From positions 1,798,775-1,862,774 of the forward strand of contig CAVTDR010000006.1 of the NCBI GenBank assembly GCA_963733535.1: a DNA stretch of 64,000 nt, in the 5' to 3' direction. The DNA comes from an uncultured Bacteroidota bacterium (GTDB lineage: Bacteria > Bacteroidota > Bacteroidia > Bacteroidales > UBA10428). Below, one piece after another: positions 25,958 through 36,876 of the stretch. A program made the translations under genes and the position numbers. Below the pieces are notes generated by a model, which saw only the letters and a program-made list of their open reading frames with translations, did no database searches and was not told where the DNA came from. Positions within the stretch are counted from its first letter, which is position 1. The number at the start of each line of letters is the position of its first letter.

Positions 25958-26851
25958 ATGAAAAAACAACAACAGCTTTTCATTACCCCTAATACGGGAA
26001 ATGTAATGGAAACAGTTAAAAAGAAATTAAATCCTCGGAAGACTTTTTGGAAGTGTGGCGCATGTTCTCATGCGGTGTTTCACCTCTTGAATCATGAATT
26101 TGAAAATGTGAAACCCCAAGAAGAAAAGGCTTCGGATATGTTGGCAGGTGGAATTCTCCTGAAAGGACACCAATGCGGCATGCTTTGGGGAGGTTCGTTA
26201 GCAATTGGCACTGAAGCCTGTCGCAAATACGAAGACAAGAACATGGCAATAGGAGCAGCAATTAATGCATCAAAACTATTGATTGATTCTTTTCACACCA
26301 GAACCAAAACAGTAAATTGCAGAGATATTTCAAGAGTTGATTGGGATAACAAATTCCAACTTACTATTTATATGCTAAAAATCATTGCACAGGGATTTGT
26401 GTTTAGTCCTTGCTTTAACCTTATCGTTAAATGGACACCCGAAGCAATTCAAGCTGCAAATGTCGGACTCAACGAGAACATTAATTATAGTCAGCCCTGT
26501 ATGAGTTGTTCAACAGAGGTGGTAAAAAAAATGGGAGGATCAGAAGAAGAATCAATTATGGTTGCAGGTTTTGCCGGAGGAATTGGACTAAGCGGCAATG
26601 CTTGTGGGGCACTTAGTGCTGCAATATGGTATAAAATGCTGGAATGGGCAAAAATTAATCCGGACAAATCACCATCTATGTTCAATAATCCTGATGCTTT
26701 AAAGGTATTAAGGACATTTTATATACAAACCGATTCTGAAATGGTGTGTAATAAAATATGCAATAGAAGTTTTCATTCAATTGACGAACATTCCGATTAT
26801 ATCAAATCGGGTGGTTGCAGTAACATAATAGAAGCATTGGCAAAATCATAA
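25958..26851 (+). CDS. C_GCAxxG_C_C family (putative redox-active) protein
   Basis: CGACSHAVFHLLN, GHQCGMLWGG and GNACGALSAAIW match the family's Cys-containing motifs. Confidence 0.6.
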   Translation: MKKQQQLFITPNTGNVMETVKKKLNPRKTFWKCGACSHAVFHLLNHEFENVKPQEEKASDMLAGGILLKGHQCGMLWGGSLAIGTEACRKYEDKNMAIGAAINASKLLIDSFHTRTKTVNCRDISRVDWDNKFQLTIYMLKIIAQGFVFSPCFNLIVKWTPEAIQAANVGLNENINYSQPCMSCSTEVVKKMGGSEEESIMVAGFAGGIGLSGNACGALSAAIWYKMLEWAKINPDKSPSMFNNPDALKVLRTFYIQTDSEMVCNKICNRSFHSIDEHSDYIKSGGCSNIIEALAKS

Positions 26852-27010
26852 AAAGTGATAATTGTGTTTACTCATTCGGCACAGGGCTGAACGGATACTG
26901 CTCAAATCCGGTATAAGAATTGGATTGCTTTAAGGTAAAACTTGGAACAAAGTTATTCCTTCGGACCTTTCAATTCCGCCCAATAGGATACTATGTCTCT
27001 CCGATTCTTA

Positions 27011-28198
27011 CTATTTGTTGTTATTCTTTCGGAAAAACTTTCTTCGGGTGGGGGTTTCGTTTATTATAGCTGTTAAATCTGCAATTTGAAGGTTGCTTTC
27101 CATGCAACTTGAGATACATGCAAATTGCGGATTGTTTTGTGAATATTGAATATCTAAAAGCGAAGCTATAGTGGGGGCAATTTGTGCGTTAAAATACTTA
27201 CTTCTTTGCTTAACTTCCCCATGGTTCTTAATGTTCGGTCCCATCATGGCAATCCAGGTCTCGTTGGAGTGAAAGATAAATTGTCCGTGTTTTCTCCAAC
27301 CTCTCCCGTTGCCCCGGCCATGATCTGTTGTAATTATGAGCGTTGTGGTGTTGCGGTAACCACTGTCGTTTTGCACCCAGTCCCAAAGCATACCAATAAG
27401 TTTATCTGTTCGATTAGCTGAATGAAGGTATTGCAGGTATTCTCCCTTATGTCCAAATTCATCGGTTTCACCAAGGGCAATCATAAGCACTTTCGGGCGC
27501 TGATTCTTTAAATATTCAAATGCCTGCATAAAAGTGAAACCGTCATAACGTACATCGCCGATAACTTTTGGCAAAAGACCATATACTGCTTCAATGTTTT
27601 GCTGTACAGAAGTGGCATGCTGTGCAGGTATTGCATTGAATCCACTGTTAACATATATGCCACTGCGTTTCTCATTCACTATATCATTGAATCTCTTCCA
27701 GGAACTAAAAACCGCAACCTTATTTTTATATGCGGGTATGTTATGTATGGTTTCAAGTATCGTAATATTGGGGTTCGGCCCAACGGAATTGCTGTTGATA
27801 TACTTTGATGGATTACCGGTGAGAATTTCGTTATAACCCGGGTAAGAAAACCAATACCTGTTTGCAACATTAACCTTGCAGCCGTAATTGCGGTTACCAT
27901 AAAGGGCACCATGTTCTGCAACTTCAGACCACAAAAATGGCATTAGCAACTCACGCCTTTTTGACGGGTTCTCATCCCAGAATTCCAAAGCTACATGCCT
28001 TTTCTTTCTTTTGTTTTTGGAAACATTCAACAGATTTTTATCTGCGCCACTAAAAACCTCTCTCCAGCGGAAACCATCGAGTGTAATAATTATAATATTT
28101 TCCGAGCTTGTTTGTCCCTGAATATTTGCTTCGTTCAGCAAAGCATTCAAGAAAATCAGAGTAAGAATCAATTTTATGGTTATCCCCCGGCAAAGCAT
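27011..28198 (-). CDS. alkaline-phosphatase superfamily protein (type I phosphodiesterase/nucleotide pyrophosphatase-like), secreted
   Basis: Signal peptide; IIIITLDGFRWREVF (metal-binding Asp region); ALGETDEFGHKG; ITTDHGRG. Confidence 0.65.
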   Translation of the reverse strand: MLCRGITIKLILTLIFLNALLNEANIQGQTSSENIIIITLDGFRWREVFSGADKNLLNVSKNKRKKRHVALEFWDENPSKRRELLMPFLWSEVAEHGALYGNRNYGCKVNVANRYWFSYPGYNEILTGNPSKYINSNSVGPNPNITILETIHNIPAYKNKVAVFSSWKRFNDIVNEKRSGIYVNSGFNAIPAQHATSVQQNIEAVYGLLPKVIGDVRYDGFTFMQAFEYLKNQRPKVLMIALGETDEFGHKGEYLQYLHSANRTDKLIGMLWDWVQNDSGYRNTTTLIITTDHGRGNGRGWRKHGQFIFHSNETWIAMMGPNIKNHGEVKQRSKYFNAQIAPTIASLLDIQYSQNNPQFACISSCMESNLQIADLTAIINETPTRRKFFRKNNNK

Positions 28199-29090
28199 AT
28201 GTTTTTTTTATGCAGTGAAAGTAGGTCCGCAGGATTACATTCGTTCTACTATTATGTTTTAATTATGTGAAGTGTTTGTAATAATAATGTTAATCCAAGC
28301 TGAGGTGCTCTTTTGTGTAACCTGATAGGAAATCGAATCCGGGTCGGACCAAACTTTAGAATTAATTATCAATGAAATAACCCTTAATCGGTAAGAGGTA
28401 GTCGGTGTGGGAATAGATACCTGCCAGCCCGGCTTGGCCCTCCGCATGGCAGGCAGACTGGATGTGAAAAACTTCATAATTTGAATGATTTAAGGGTTTT
28501 CATACAGAATACGGAATGATAATAATTAAGGTTTAAGTAGTTGCGTTTAGAAAACGGTAAGAATTCAAGTTGCTTTTTATTACTGACAATGGATCATCCA
28601 CTACCTGGCAATGAACTATAGTATTGGTACAGTTCACCTTATCTGATGGGGCAATTATAGTATGCGTCGAAAAATACAATTGATTTTATAACTTTTAAAG
28701 ACTTCACTTATCTTTAGACAATAAAATTCCTATTGTGGCATTTTATATATGTTAGATTCAATTAACCTATTGCAGTTTTTAGTATAGACAACCAACTCTA
28801 AGCATTTGAATTATTAACAAAATTTTGAGATTTTTCAAAAGTGAAAATGAAGCAAGTCGCGCTCATTACCATGTTCACATTTGGATTTGGGCATGCCGAA
28901 TTACAAGCCCAAGTAAGCAGTAATGAAATTGTCCCTATATCTGATGGTTCAGTATGTACTAACACCCCAATTTACATACGGGCAAGCTCTTTTTCGAACC
29001 AATCCATGGCCAAGACATAAAGAAGAACTTCAAAAGATATTTTTTCCGGATATTTATATTGGGATTACTTTTTGATATAAAAACGAACTA

Positions 29091-29558
29091 ATGAATAAGA
29101 AACAACAGTTTTTTTTCTATTTTTCTCCAGCAATAATTTTTTTTGCAAATGATTTTGTGAGGAGTTATTTGAGACCTATTTATGGGTTTAATAAATATGG
29201 TCTTTTTTCAAATATATTGGGTTGGTTGCCAAATTATTTCGCAGGTTTGGGATTTGTATTATTGGGACTCATATCATTTAAATTAGTTATTGAAATTTCT
29301 AAACATAAAAGCTATTATAAATACTACTACAACTATATGAACGTGATCACGGTATCAGCAGCAGTGGGATTAATTTGGTGGGAATTTGAACAAAAAAATG
29401 GTAAACTGATTTTTGATATAAATGATATTTATGCAACAATTGGAGGGGTATTAAGTGGTTATTTGATTTTTTTAATATGCATGTTGAAAAATTTATTGGA
29501 CACAAAAGATAATTTTAATGTGAGCGAAGCAGGGTCAGACCAAACTCAAATTCAATAA
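29091..29558 (+). CDS. hypothetical membrane protein
   Basis: 155 aa with 4 hydrophobic spans. Confidence 0.45.
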   Translation: MNKKQQFFFYFSPAIIFFANDFVRSYLRPIYGFNKYGLFSNILGWLPNYFAGLGFVLLGLISFKLVIEISKHKSYYKYYYNYMNVITVSAAVGLIWWEFEQKNGKLIFDINDIYATIGGVLSGYLIFLICMLKNLLDTKDNFNVSEAGSDQTQIQ

Positions 29559-29589
29559 TTTTATCAATCTCTTAAAAAGGTTTCTTAAT

Positions 29590-30273
29590 ATGAATAACAT
29601 TTCTTACAAAATCGGATTTTGGTCAGCGCTGTTATTGACATTTACTTTTGTTATATGGATTGGTTGTTTTATCGGTATAGCAATTACTTCGCCCTTATTT
29701 TACTGGACAAATCTGGAAAATTATGTAACTTATTTTCAGACCAACAGTCAGATTCTTCAAAATATAGCAAAGCTTTTTATGATGCTGTTTGGCCCTATAT
29801 ATGTATTGTTCATTAATAGTTATTATGACTATGCAGCTGATGATAAAAAAGTTCTTATCAGAATAAGCGTTTTGTTTGCAATGGCCTTCGCAGTTTTATC
29901 CGGTATTCATTATTTTATACAATTGACAACGGTCCGAATGGATATTGAACAAGGATTATTCGACGGATTAGAGCATTTTGTGCAAGCAAACCCATATTCT
30001 GTAGTAAGTTCTATTAATATGTTGGGCTGGTCTTTGTTTTTAGGAATGTCATCTTTTTTCATTTTCCCGGTTTTCAAAGGAGATAAGCTCAATAATACGA
30101 TTCGCTATGCCTTTCTGTTCAACGGTATCTCATGTTTTTTGGGTGGAGTTGGTTATCTGTTACATCTTGATTTTTTGACGTTTGTATTTATGAATTTGGG
30201 GCTGGGAGGAGCTGTAATGACATTTTCAATAGCATCATTATTTTTATTCAAAAGATTGAAAGCCATATCCTGA
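29590..30273 (+). CDS. hypothetical polytopic membrane protein
   Basis: 227 aa with about 6 hydrophobic spans. Confidence 0.5.
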   Translation: MNNISYKIGFWSALLLTFTFVIWIGCFIGIAITSPLFYWTNLENYVTYFQTNSQILQNIAKLFMMLFGPIYVLFINSYYDYAADDKKVLIRISVLFAMAFAVLSGIHYFIQLTTVRMDIEQGLFDGLEHFVQANPYSVVSSINMLGWSLFLGMSSFFIFPVFKGDKLNNTIRYAFLFNGISCFLGGVGYLLHLDFLTFVFMNLGLGGAVMTFSIASLFLFKRLKAIS

Positions 30274-30329
30274 CTTTGACCCTGCGGGATTGGGTAATCA
30301 GTAATCGGAGGTGGAACAGATACTGGATA

Positions 30330-32001
30330 CTAATTTAACTTAGACAAGTTTAATTGAATATATTTTGATGTAATAGTGTTAATACCTGGAAATAACTCGT
30401 AGTTTACGGAGAGTTATTCTGGGTATTAACACTTTTCTTTTTTGCTACTTTTTTCTTTTGTTCATAAGACTAATTTTTGTTTAAAACAACAGCTTTTAAT
30501 GGAAGCCAAGATCGTCTAATACTAATATTTTGATGGTCCTGATTGGCCATATTCTTACTTAATCGAGACTATATCAAGGCCGACAAAGGGAGCCTTAAAG
30601 CTGGGGCAGAAGGTCTTTAAAAAAGCCTTAAAGTATCCAGAGATGCTTCCCTTTGCCGTACCAAAATCATGCTGCAGTTTTTATGTATTGTATTTTATGC
30701 TCGTAATCAAATGCTTGATTGTTCTTAATTAAGGAATGGATCGTTCGTAACAATTTGCGTGATATAGCAATAATTGCCTTTTTCTTTTCCATTCCTTTAT
30801 TCACATACATTGTGTATTGTTCATGGTAAATACCCCCCTTCTTAACCATTCGCAAGGCAAGAAAATATAAACTGGTACGTAAATGCTCATTGCCTACTTT
30901 TGATATTCTTCTGTTACCTCTATGGTTACCTGAACTGTTTTCAATCAAATTTAGTCCTCCAAACTTAAGTAGTTCTTTGTTTGTCTTGAATTGGCTAAAT
31001 TCTCCGATCTCAGAAATAATTGTTGCTATGGTAATATCACCTATCCCTTTTATGGTTCTGAGAATATAATATTCTTCCAGGGAAGCCAATGATGCTTTGA
31101 TCTGATTCTCAACAGCTGACATTTGTGTGTCAAACAACTCTATTTGAACAATATATGCTAAAACCATGCTCTGATAGGATTCAAGCCCATCTCTAACTCC
31201 AATAGTATTAAAAGCAGCTGTAATAAGCTCTTCAGCTTTTTTTATATTACATCTTCCCCTGCTTATTTTTTGGAGTTCTTTTATCAATGGCTCCAGACCT
31301 AGCTTTATAATACTCCCTGGACTTGGATGGTTTTTTAGTAAAAATGTACTGGTTTTGCAACTAATGTCTTTAAACAAATCTAAATATTCTGGAAAGTATA
31401 AAGACAAAATAGCATGTATACGGTTCACAACCCTTTTACGGTCAGCCTGCAAAGCTTTTCTGGAACGTGTTAACTCTCTCACATTCGCCTTTACCCCTTG
31501 AGGCAGATTTACCCTTAGGCTGCTTCCAATAAGAACTACTTGAGCGATTACTTTGGGATCTTTATGATCTGTTTTATTAGGGGTATTGTCTGTTACATCT
31601 TTGAATCGTTTAGTATGCTTTCCATTAACCTGCACGAGGGAGTAATTTGTATTGTTATGAATGTAATATGCCAATGGGAGCCAGTAATTTCCTGTTGACT
31701 CTACTGCGATTACTACATTTTCAATATCGTTAACCTTTGTAAATCTGTTTATTTTACCTATTAACAAATTAAATCCTTCTCTTGTGTTGGAGAACTGAAA
31801 GCTCTTTGCTGATTCATAACTCAATGTTAAGAAAAAGCCGTAATGATTGCTTTTACCGATGTCGATTCCAACTATCAAAGTTTTTCCGTTTACTTTTATA
31901 AATTTGTACTGTTTATTTTTCATAAAGACTGCTATTTTAGATTCTTAAGTCAAATCAAACTTAGCAGTCTTTTTTTATTCTGCAATATAGTAAGCTGGAT
32001 A
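30330..32001 (-). mobile_element. IS110/IS1111-like insertion sequence, copy 2 (1672 bp), head-to-tail with copy 3
   Basis: The left junction is cagatactggata|ct. The element ends ..agtaagctggata at 32001 and copy 3 starts at the next base. Confidence 0.85.
30667..31923 (-). CDS. IS110-family DEDD transposase/recombinase
   Basis: 418 aa, identical to 12216..13472. Confidence 0.85.
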   Translation of the reverse strand: MKNKQYKFIKVNGKTLIVGIDIGKSNHYGFFLTLSYESAKSFQFSNTREGFNLLIGKINRFTKVNDIENVVIAVESTGNYWLPLAYYIHNNTNYSLVQVNGKHTKRFKDVTDNTPNKTDHKDPKVIAQVVLIGSSLRVNLPQGVKANVRELTRSRKALQADRKRVVNRIHAILSLYFPEYLDLFKDISCKTSTFLLKNHPSPGSIIKLGLEPLIKELQKISRGRCNIKKAEELITAAFNTIGVRDGLESYQSMVLAYIVQIELFDTQMSAVENQIKASLASLEEYYILRTIKGIGDITIATIISEIGEFSQFKTNKELLKFGGLNLIENSSGNHRGNRRISKVGNEHLRTSLYFLALRMVKKGGIYHEQYTMYVNKGMEKKKAIIAISRKLLRTIHSLIKNNQAFDYEHKIQYIKTAA

Positions 32002-33673
32002 CTAATTTAACTTAGACAAGTTTAATTGAATATATTTTGATGTAATAGTGTTAATACCTGGAAATAACTCGTAGTTTACGGAGAGTTATTCTGGGTATTA
32101 ACACTTTTCTTTTTTGCTACTTTTTTCTTTTGTTCATAAGACTAATTTTTGTTTAAAACAACAGCTTTTAATGGAAGCCAAGATCGTCTAATACTAATAT
32201 TTTGATGGTCCTGATTGGCCATATTCTTACTTAATCGAGACTATATCAAGGCCGACAAAGGGAGCCTTAAAGCTGGGGCAGAAGGTCTTTAAAAAAGCCT
32301 TAAAGTATCCAGAGATGCTTCCCTTTGCCGTACCAAAATCATGCTGCAGTTTTTATGTATTGTATTTTATGCTCGTAATCAAATGCTTGATTGTTCTTAA
32401 TTAAGGAATGGATCGTTCGTAACAATTTGCGTGATATAGCAATAATTGCCTTTTTCTTTTCCATTCCTTTATTCACATACATTGTGTATTGTTCATGGTA
32501 AATACCCCCCTTCTTAACCATTCGCAAGGCAAGAAAATATAAACTGGTACGTAAATGCTCATTGCCTACTTTTGATATTCTTCTGTTACCTCTATGGTTA
32601 CCTGAACTGTTTTCAATCAAATTTAGTCCTCCAAACTTAAGTAGTTCTTTGTTTGTCTTGAATTGGCTAAATTCTCCGATCTCAGAAATAATTGTTGCTA
32701 TGGTAATATCACCTATCCCTTTTATGGTTCTGAGAATATAATATTCTTCCAGGGAAGCCAATGATGCTTTGATCTGATTCTCAACAGCTGACATTTGTGT
32801 GTCAAACAACTCTATTTGAACAATATATGCTAAAACCATGCTCTGATAGGATTCAAGCCCATCTCTAACTCCAATAGTATTAAAAGCAGCTGTAATAAGC
32901 TCTTCAGCTTTTTTTATATTACATCTTCCCCTGCTTATTTTTTGGAGTTCTTTTATCAATGGCTCCAGACCTAGCTTTATAATACTCCCTGGACTTGGAT
33001 GGTTTTTTAGTAAAAATGTACTGGTTTTGCAACTAATGTCTTTAAACAAATCTAAATATTCTGGAAAGTATAAAGACAAAATAGCATGTATACGGTTCAC
33101 AACCCTTTTACGGTCAGCCTGCAAAGCTTTTCTGGAACGTGTTAACTCTCTCACATTCGCCTTTACCCCTTGAGGCAGATTTACCCTTAGGCTGCTTCCA
33201 ATAAGAACTACTTGAGCGATTACTTTGGGATCTTTATGATCTGTTTTATTAGGGGTATTGTCTGTTACATCTTTGAATCGTTTAGTATGCTTTCCATTAA
33301 CCTGCACGAGGGAGTAATTTGTATTGTTATGAATGTAATATGCCAATGGGAGCCAGTAATTTCCTGTTGACTCTACTGCGATTACTACATTTTCAATATC
33401 GTTAACCTTTGTAAATCTGTTTATTTTACCTATTAACAAATTAAATCCTTCTCTTGTGTTGGAGAACTGAAAGCTCTTTGCTGATTCATAACTCAATGTT
33501 AAGAAAAAGCCGTAATGATTGCTTTTACCGATGTCGATTCCAACTATCAAAGTTTTTCCGTTTACTTTTATAAATTTGTACTGTTTATTTTTCATAAAGA
33601 CTGCTATTTTAGATTCTTAAGTCAAATCAAACTTAGCAGTCTTTTTTTATTCTGCAATATAGTAAGCTGGATA
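32002..33673 (-). mobile_element. IS110/IS1111-like insertion sequence, copy 3 (1672 bp)
   Basis: It starts exactly 1672 bp after copy 2. The right flank is ttggatgcctgcctgcc.. (the hairpin module). Confidence 0.85.
32339..33595 (-). CDS. IS110-family DEDD transposase/recombinase
   Basis: 418 aa, identical to the other two copies. Confidence 0.85.
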   Translation of the reverse strand: MKNKQYKFIKVNGKTLIVGIDIGKSNHYGFFLTLSYESAKSFQFSNTREGFNLLIGKINRFTKVNDIENVVIAVESTGNYWLPLAYYIHNNTNYSLVQVNGKHTKRFKDVTDNTPNKTDHKDPKVIAQVVLIGSSLRVNLPQGVKANVRELTRSRKALQADRKRVVNRIHAILSLYFPEYLDLFKDISCKTSTFLLKNHPSPGSIIKLGLEPLIKELQKISRGRCNIKKAEELITAAFNTIGVRDGLESYQSMVLAYIVQIELFDTQMSAVENQIKASLASLEEYYILRTIKGIGDITIATIISEIGEFSQFKTNKELLKFGGLNLIENSSGNHRGNRRISKVGNEHLRTSLYFLALRMVKKGGIYHEQYTMYVNKGMEKKKAIIAISRKLLRTIHSLIKNNQAFDYEHKIQYIKTAA

Positions 33674-34271
33674 TTGGATGCCTGCCTGCCTGGCTTGGCC
33701 CTCCGCATGGCAGGCAGGCTTGATGTGTGGGTGGGGTGGAACAATGAGTAATTAGCAATTAACAATTACTGGTGATGCGTTAATTTTTATAAAACCAGCT
33801 AGATATGCTTATTTTATTGACTTATACGCTGTTTTATTTTTTTTTGATTTGAAATTAATTTTTGTTCCAGGGTAAATTAATTTATTTGAAGCAATTGATA
33901 TTAAATGTTTTTGAAATTACCATATCAGGATTTACGGTGAATTTGACATTTAATGCATCAATACTAATTAACAATTAACAATTCAAGAGTGTGAGGATTG
34001 ATAATTAGGGTTTGGTGCATTGGAACTGGCGCAGCCATAATCAAAGCACCGTGGGCTGACCCTGACAAAACGCGATGGCGACGGAGCTGTGAATGGCGGA
34101 AGGCTTGGAATTTCTTATAAAGGGCCTTGGCTTTGAAATAAATCGTCAAATCAATAAATCAACAAATCAATAAATGGATCGTGGGGATGTAAATTCAGGC
34201 TCTCCCTTCTCTTCCTCCCTTCAAAGTTCGGGTTGGGCTATCTTGGGATATATTAACCAAAGCATTCAGGG

Positions 34272-34412
34272 TTTTGTCCCGGCCAGCCCACGGTGATATG
34301 ATTGAGGTTAGTTGTGGTTCAGAAGTTGCTGCAAAACCTGAATTCAACTACATGATTTTTTAAATACCGTTATATGCTATGGATAATGAATCAAAGATTA
34401 TTGTAAATTGGA
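34272..34412 (+). promoter_or_regulatory. Module Z copy immediately upstream of 34445
   Basis: Aligns with 3413-3560. Promoter function is inferred only. Confidence 0.3.
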
Positions 34413-34444
34413 TTTCGCATATACCTGACTCTCGGAAGATTTAA

Positions 34445-35317
34445 ATGAATATAATTATGAAACCCAGATTGTTAATTTCAGCAACCATTTTACTGCTGGC
34501 TCATCATGCGGTATCTCAGGATGTATATTATGATTCAATATGGAATGTTACTTCCAGGGAAAATGCGTTTTATTATAGGATCATTGATACCATACCCGGT
34601 AATTTCTTTATGGTCAATGATTATTATCTGGATGGGACTTTGCAAATGAAGGGGGTGTATTCTTCCCTTAAAAAAGAAACTAAAAATGGCCTTTTTTCAT
34701 GGTACTCACCTGAAGGTGTCAAAACGGAGGAGTCCTATTATGAAAACGGACGTATGAATGGTTCACACAAGATCTGGTATGAAAACGGGCAACAAAAGCT
34801 GATTGGGAAAATGACGTATGGGGAAAAAGACAGTACATGGATCTGGTGGTACGAAAATGGAGAACTATGGACCATTGCAGACTATAAAGATGGCAAAGTG
34901 AATGGAAGATGGATTACTTTTTATGAGAATGGCGTTAAGAAAGAATTCTATATAGCAAAGGATAATAAGTTTGCAGGTATCGGTGAGGGCTGGGATTCCA
35001 CAGGGATTAAACAATTCGATATAAATCTTGACCCTGAGTTGAAAAATGGAGATTTTAAACTTTTTTATCCGGATGGAATTTTAATGGGTCAAGGTCAGAT
35101 TAAGGACGGCAGACCCAACGGAGAATGGATTGCATATTACTCAAATGGCAATAAAAAGGGAGTCGGAACTGCTTTAAATGGTTACAAATTCGGAAAATGG
35201 ATTTATTATAACGATGACGGGACTATAGAAGGAATTATTATTTATGATAACAAGAATAAAGAGAAGTTGGAAAATATGACCCGGGAACTCAAAAAATTCT
35301 TAAATCTGGAGGATTAG
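34445..35317 (+). CDS. MORN-repeat-variant (YwqK-like) secreted/lipoprotein
   Basis: Repeated WYENGQ../YENG..K../G...G.W units plus a signal peptide. ATG 34457 is an alternative start. Confidence 0.65.
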   Translation: MNIIMKPRLLISATILLLAHHAVSQDVYYDSIWNVTSRENAFYYRIIDTIPGNFFMVNDYYLDGTLQMKGVYSSLKKETKNGLFSWYSPEGVKTEESYYENGRMNGSHKIWYENGQQKLIGKMTYGEKDSTWIWWYENGELWTIADYKDGKVNGRWITFYENGVKKEFYIAKDNKFAGIGEGWDSTGIKQFDINLDPELKNGDFKLFYPDGILMGQGQIKDGRPNGEWIAYYSNGNKKGVGTALNGYKFGKWIYYNDDGTIEGIIIYDNKNKEKLENMTRELKKFLNLED

Positions 35318-35401
35318 AGATAAAACCTGCTCGACTGAAACATAAGCGCAGGGGAATGAAATTCCAAACATCCAGGATTCTATGTAAGATAAATTGTTTA
35401 A

Positions 35402-36016
35402 ATGGTTATTATGAATAGCAAATTGCGAGCTGGAAAATTAAGTGGTATTGGATTGATCGGAATGAATCTGCTATCTGGTATCATACTAATGCCATTCGTT
35501 ACTATATCTAATATACACCTGGTTACTGTTATTTTACAAATTGGTTTTCTTTGGTTTGGCGTTTCTCTATGGATAGTTGTAAAATATACCATGGTTGGCT
35601 TATTGGGATTAAAACCTTTTGATAAGGTTCTTAATAGTATAATAGTTCTTATAGCTCTAATTGGTACCTTTAGCATAATGACAGCTATTATTCCCATGAA
35701 AGAACTCTATGCTGGCATAATCCTTTTTAAAATCATGTTACTGGTTAATTACCTTATTTTTATGAGAAAAATCTATAACCTGGATAAAAACGACTTAAGA
35801 CACTATAGAGATTTACAAAATTGGGCCATATCCATAATCATTGTGGCCCTTATCGTAGTTGTAATTAGTGTTTTAGAAGCACTTATGTGGCGTATTGAGA
35901 TCAATGGAATTTACTTTTTAATTAATACTGTGCCTATTTTGTTCTTCATTCAATTGTTTAAACACATCATGTTGGAATTTGCAATTGACGATACTACCAG
36001 TGACGAACAGCCGTAA
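35402..36016 (+). CDS. hypothetical polytopic membrane protein
   Basis: 204 aa with about 6 hydrophobic spans. Confidence 0.45.
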   Translation: MVIMNSKLRAGKLSGIGLIGMNLLSGIILMPFVTISNIHLVTVILQIGFLWFGVSLWIVVKYTMVGLLGLKPFDKVLNSIIVLIALIGTFSIMTAIIPMKELYAGIILFKIMLLVNYLIFMRKIYNLDKNDLRHYRDLQNWAISIIIVALIVVVISVLEALMWRIEINGIYFLINTVPILFFIQLFKHIMLEFAIDDTTSDEQP

Positions 36017-36876
36017 GAATGAAGCAGACCCCCTTGTGGTTTTTCTTCAGATTTCTAACTACGCCGCTTTTAAAATGTAGTCTCCGGACTACCAGGATAA
36101 GGGACGGGGAAGGGGCGTGTATATTAAAAGGGGTTTCACCCCTTTAACCCCACTTACTTCTTTGCCATTGCTGCAAAGAAGTAAGCAAGAAAAATCTAGA
36201 CAAAACGATCCCGCCCCGCTCTGCCAGAAGGCTGGAATTTCTAATAAAGTAATCGCAGCACCGGACAATGGTCATAATATTACAGATGAGAACAATCTTC
36301 TTTGTCCGTTACTGCTAAAGCCAAGGCCCTTTATTGAAATTCCAAGCCTTCCGGCATTCACAGCTTCGCCGCCATCGCGTTTTGTCCCGGCCAGCCCACA
36401 GTGCTTTGAATGAGGGCTATTTTAATTCGATTGTTGATATAAAAATGTAAAATGTAAGGTGAAGGGCAAAAACTTCATTATTAGATGTTCGATGCCTGCC
36501 TGCCCAGCTTGGCCCTCAGGTTGGATATTCGATGTTTACTTAACAGTATTTAATGACGGTCACTTTAGTATCCGGGAATGGTAATCCCGGAGGGATTGCA
36601 TGTTTATAGAAAAAATGAATAACGCAGAATATGCGACTCCGGCCGGAGTCGAACTTATTTACCAATATTATATCTATAGACATCTGACTCCTCCGGAGTC
36701 ATGGATGGATTGAGACTACCATTCAAATGGAATCCCTTTAAGATATTTGAAAAGGGTGCTACATTTTATGTTTTACTTGTTACCATATTCTGTTCAATAC
36801 ATAAATCACATTCGTTAATCATTGTTAAAATGATTTCGAATGCGGAGCAGATTGATACATTTGACAAAAAAAGGAT

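Noticed and set aside
28847-29020. Unlisted 57-aa ORF with a signal-peptide-like start (MKQVALITMFTFGFGHAELQAQ..)
   Set aside because: It may be the 5' remnant of a truncated secreted-protein gene next to an IS3-like remnant. It is too short and isolated to call as a functional gene.
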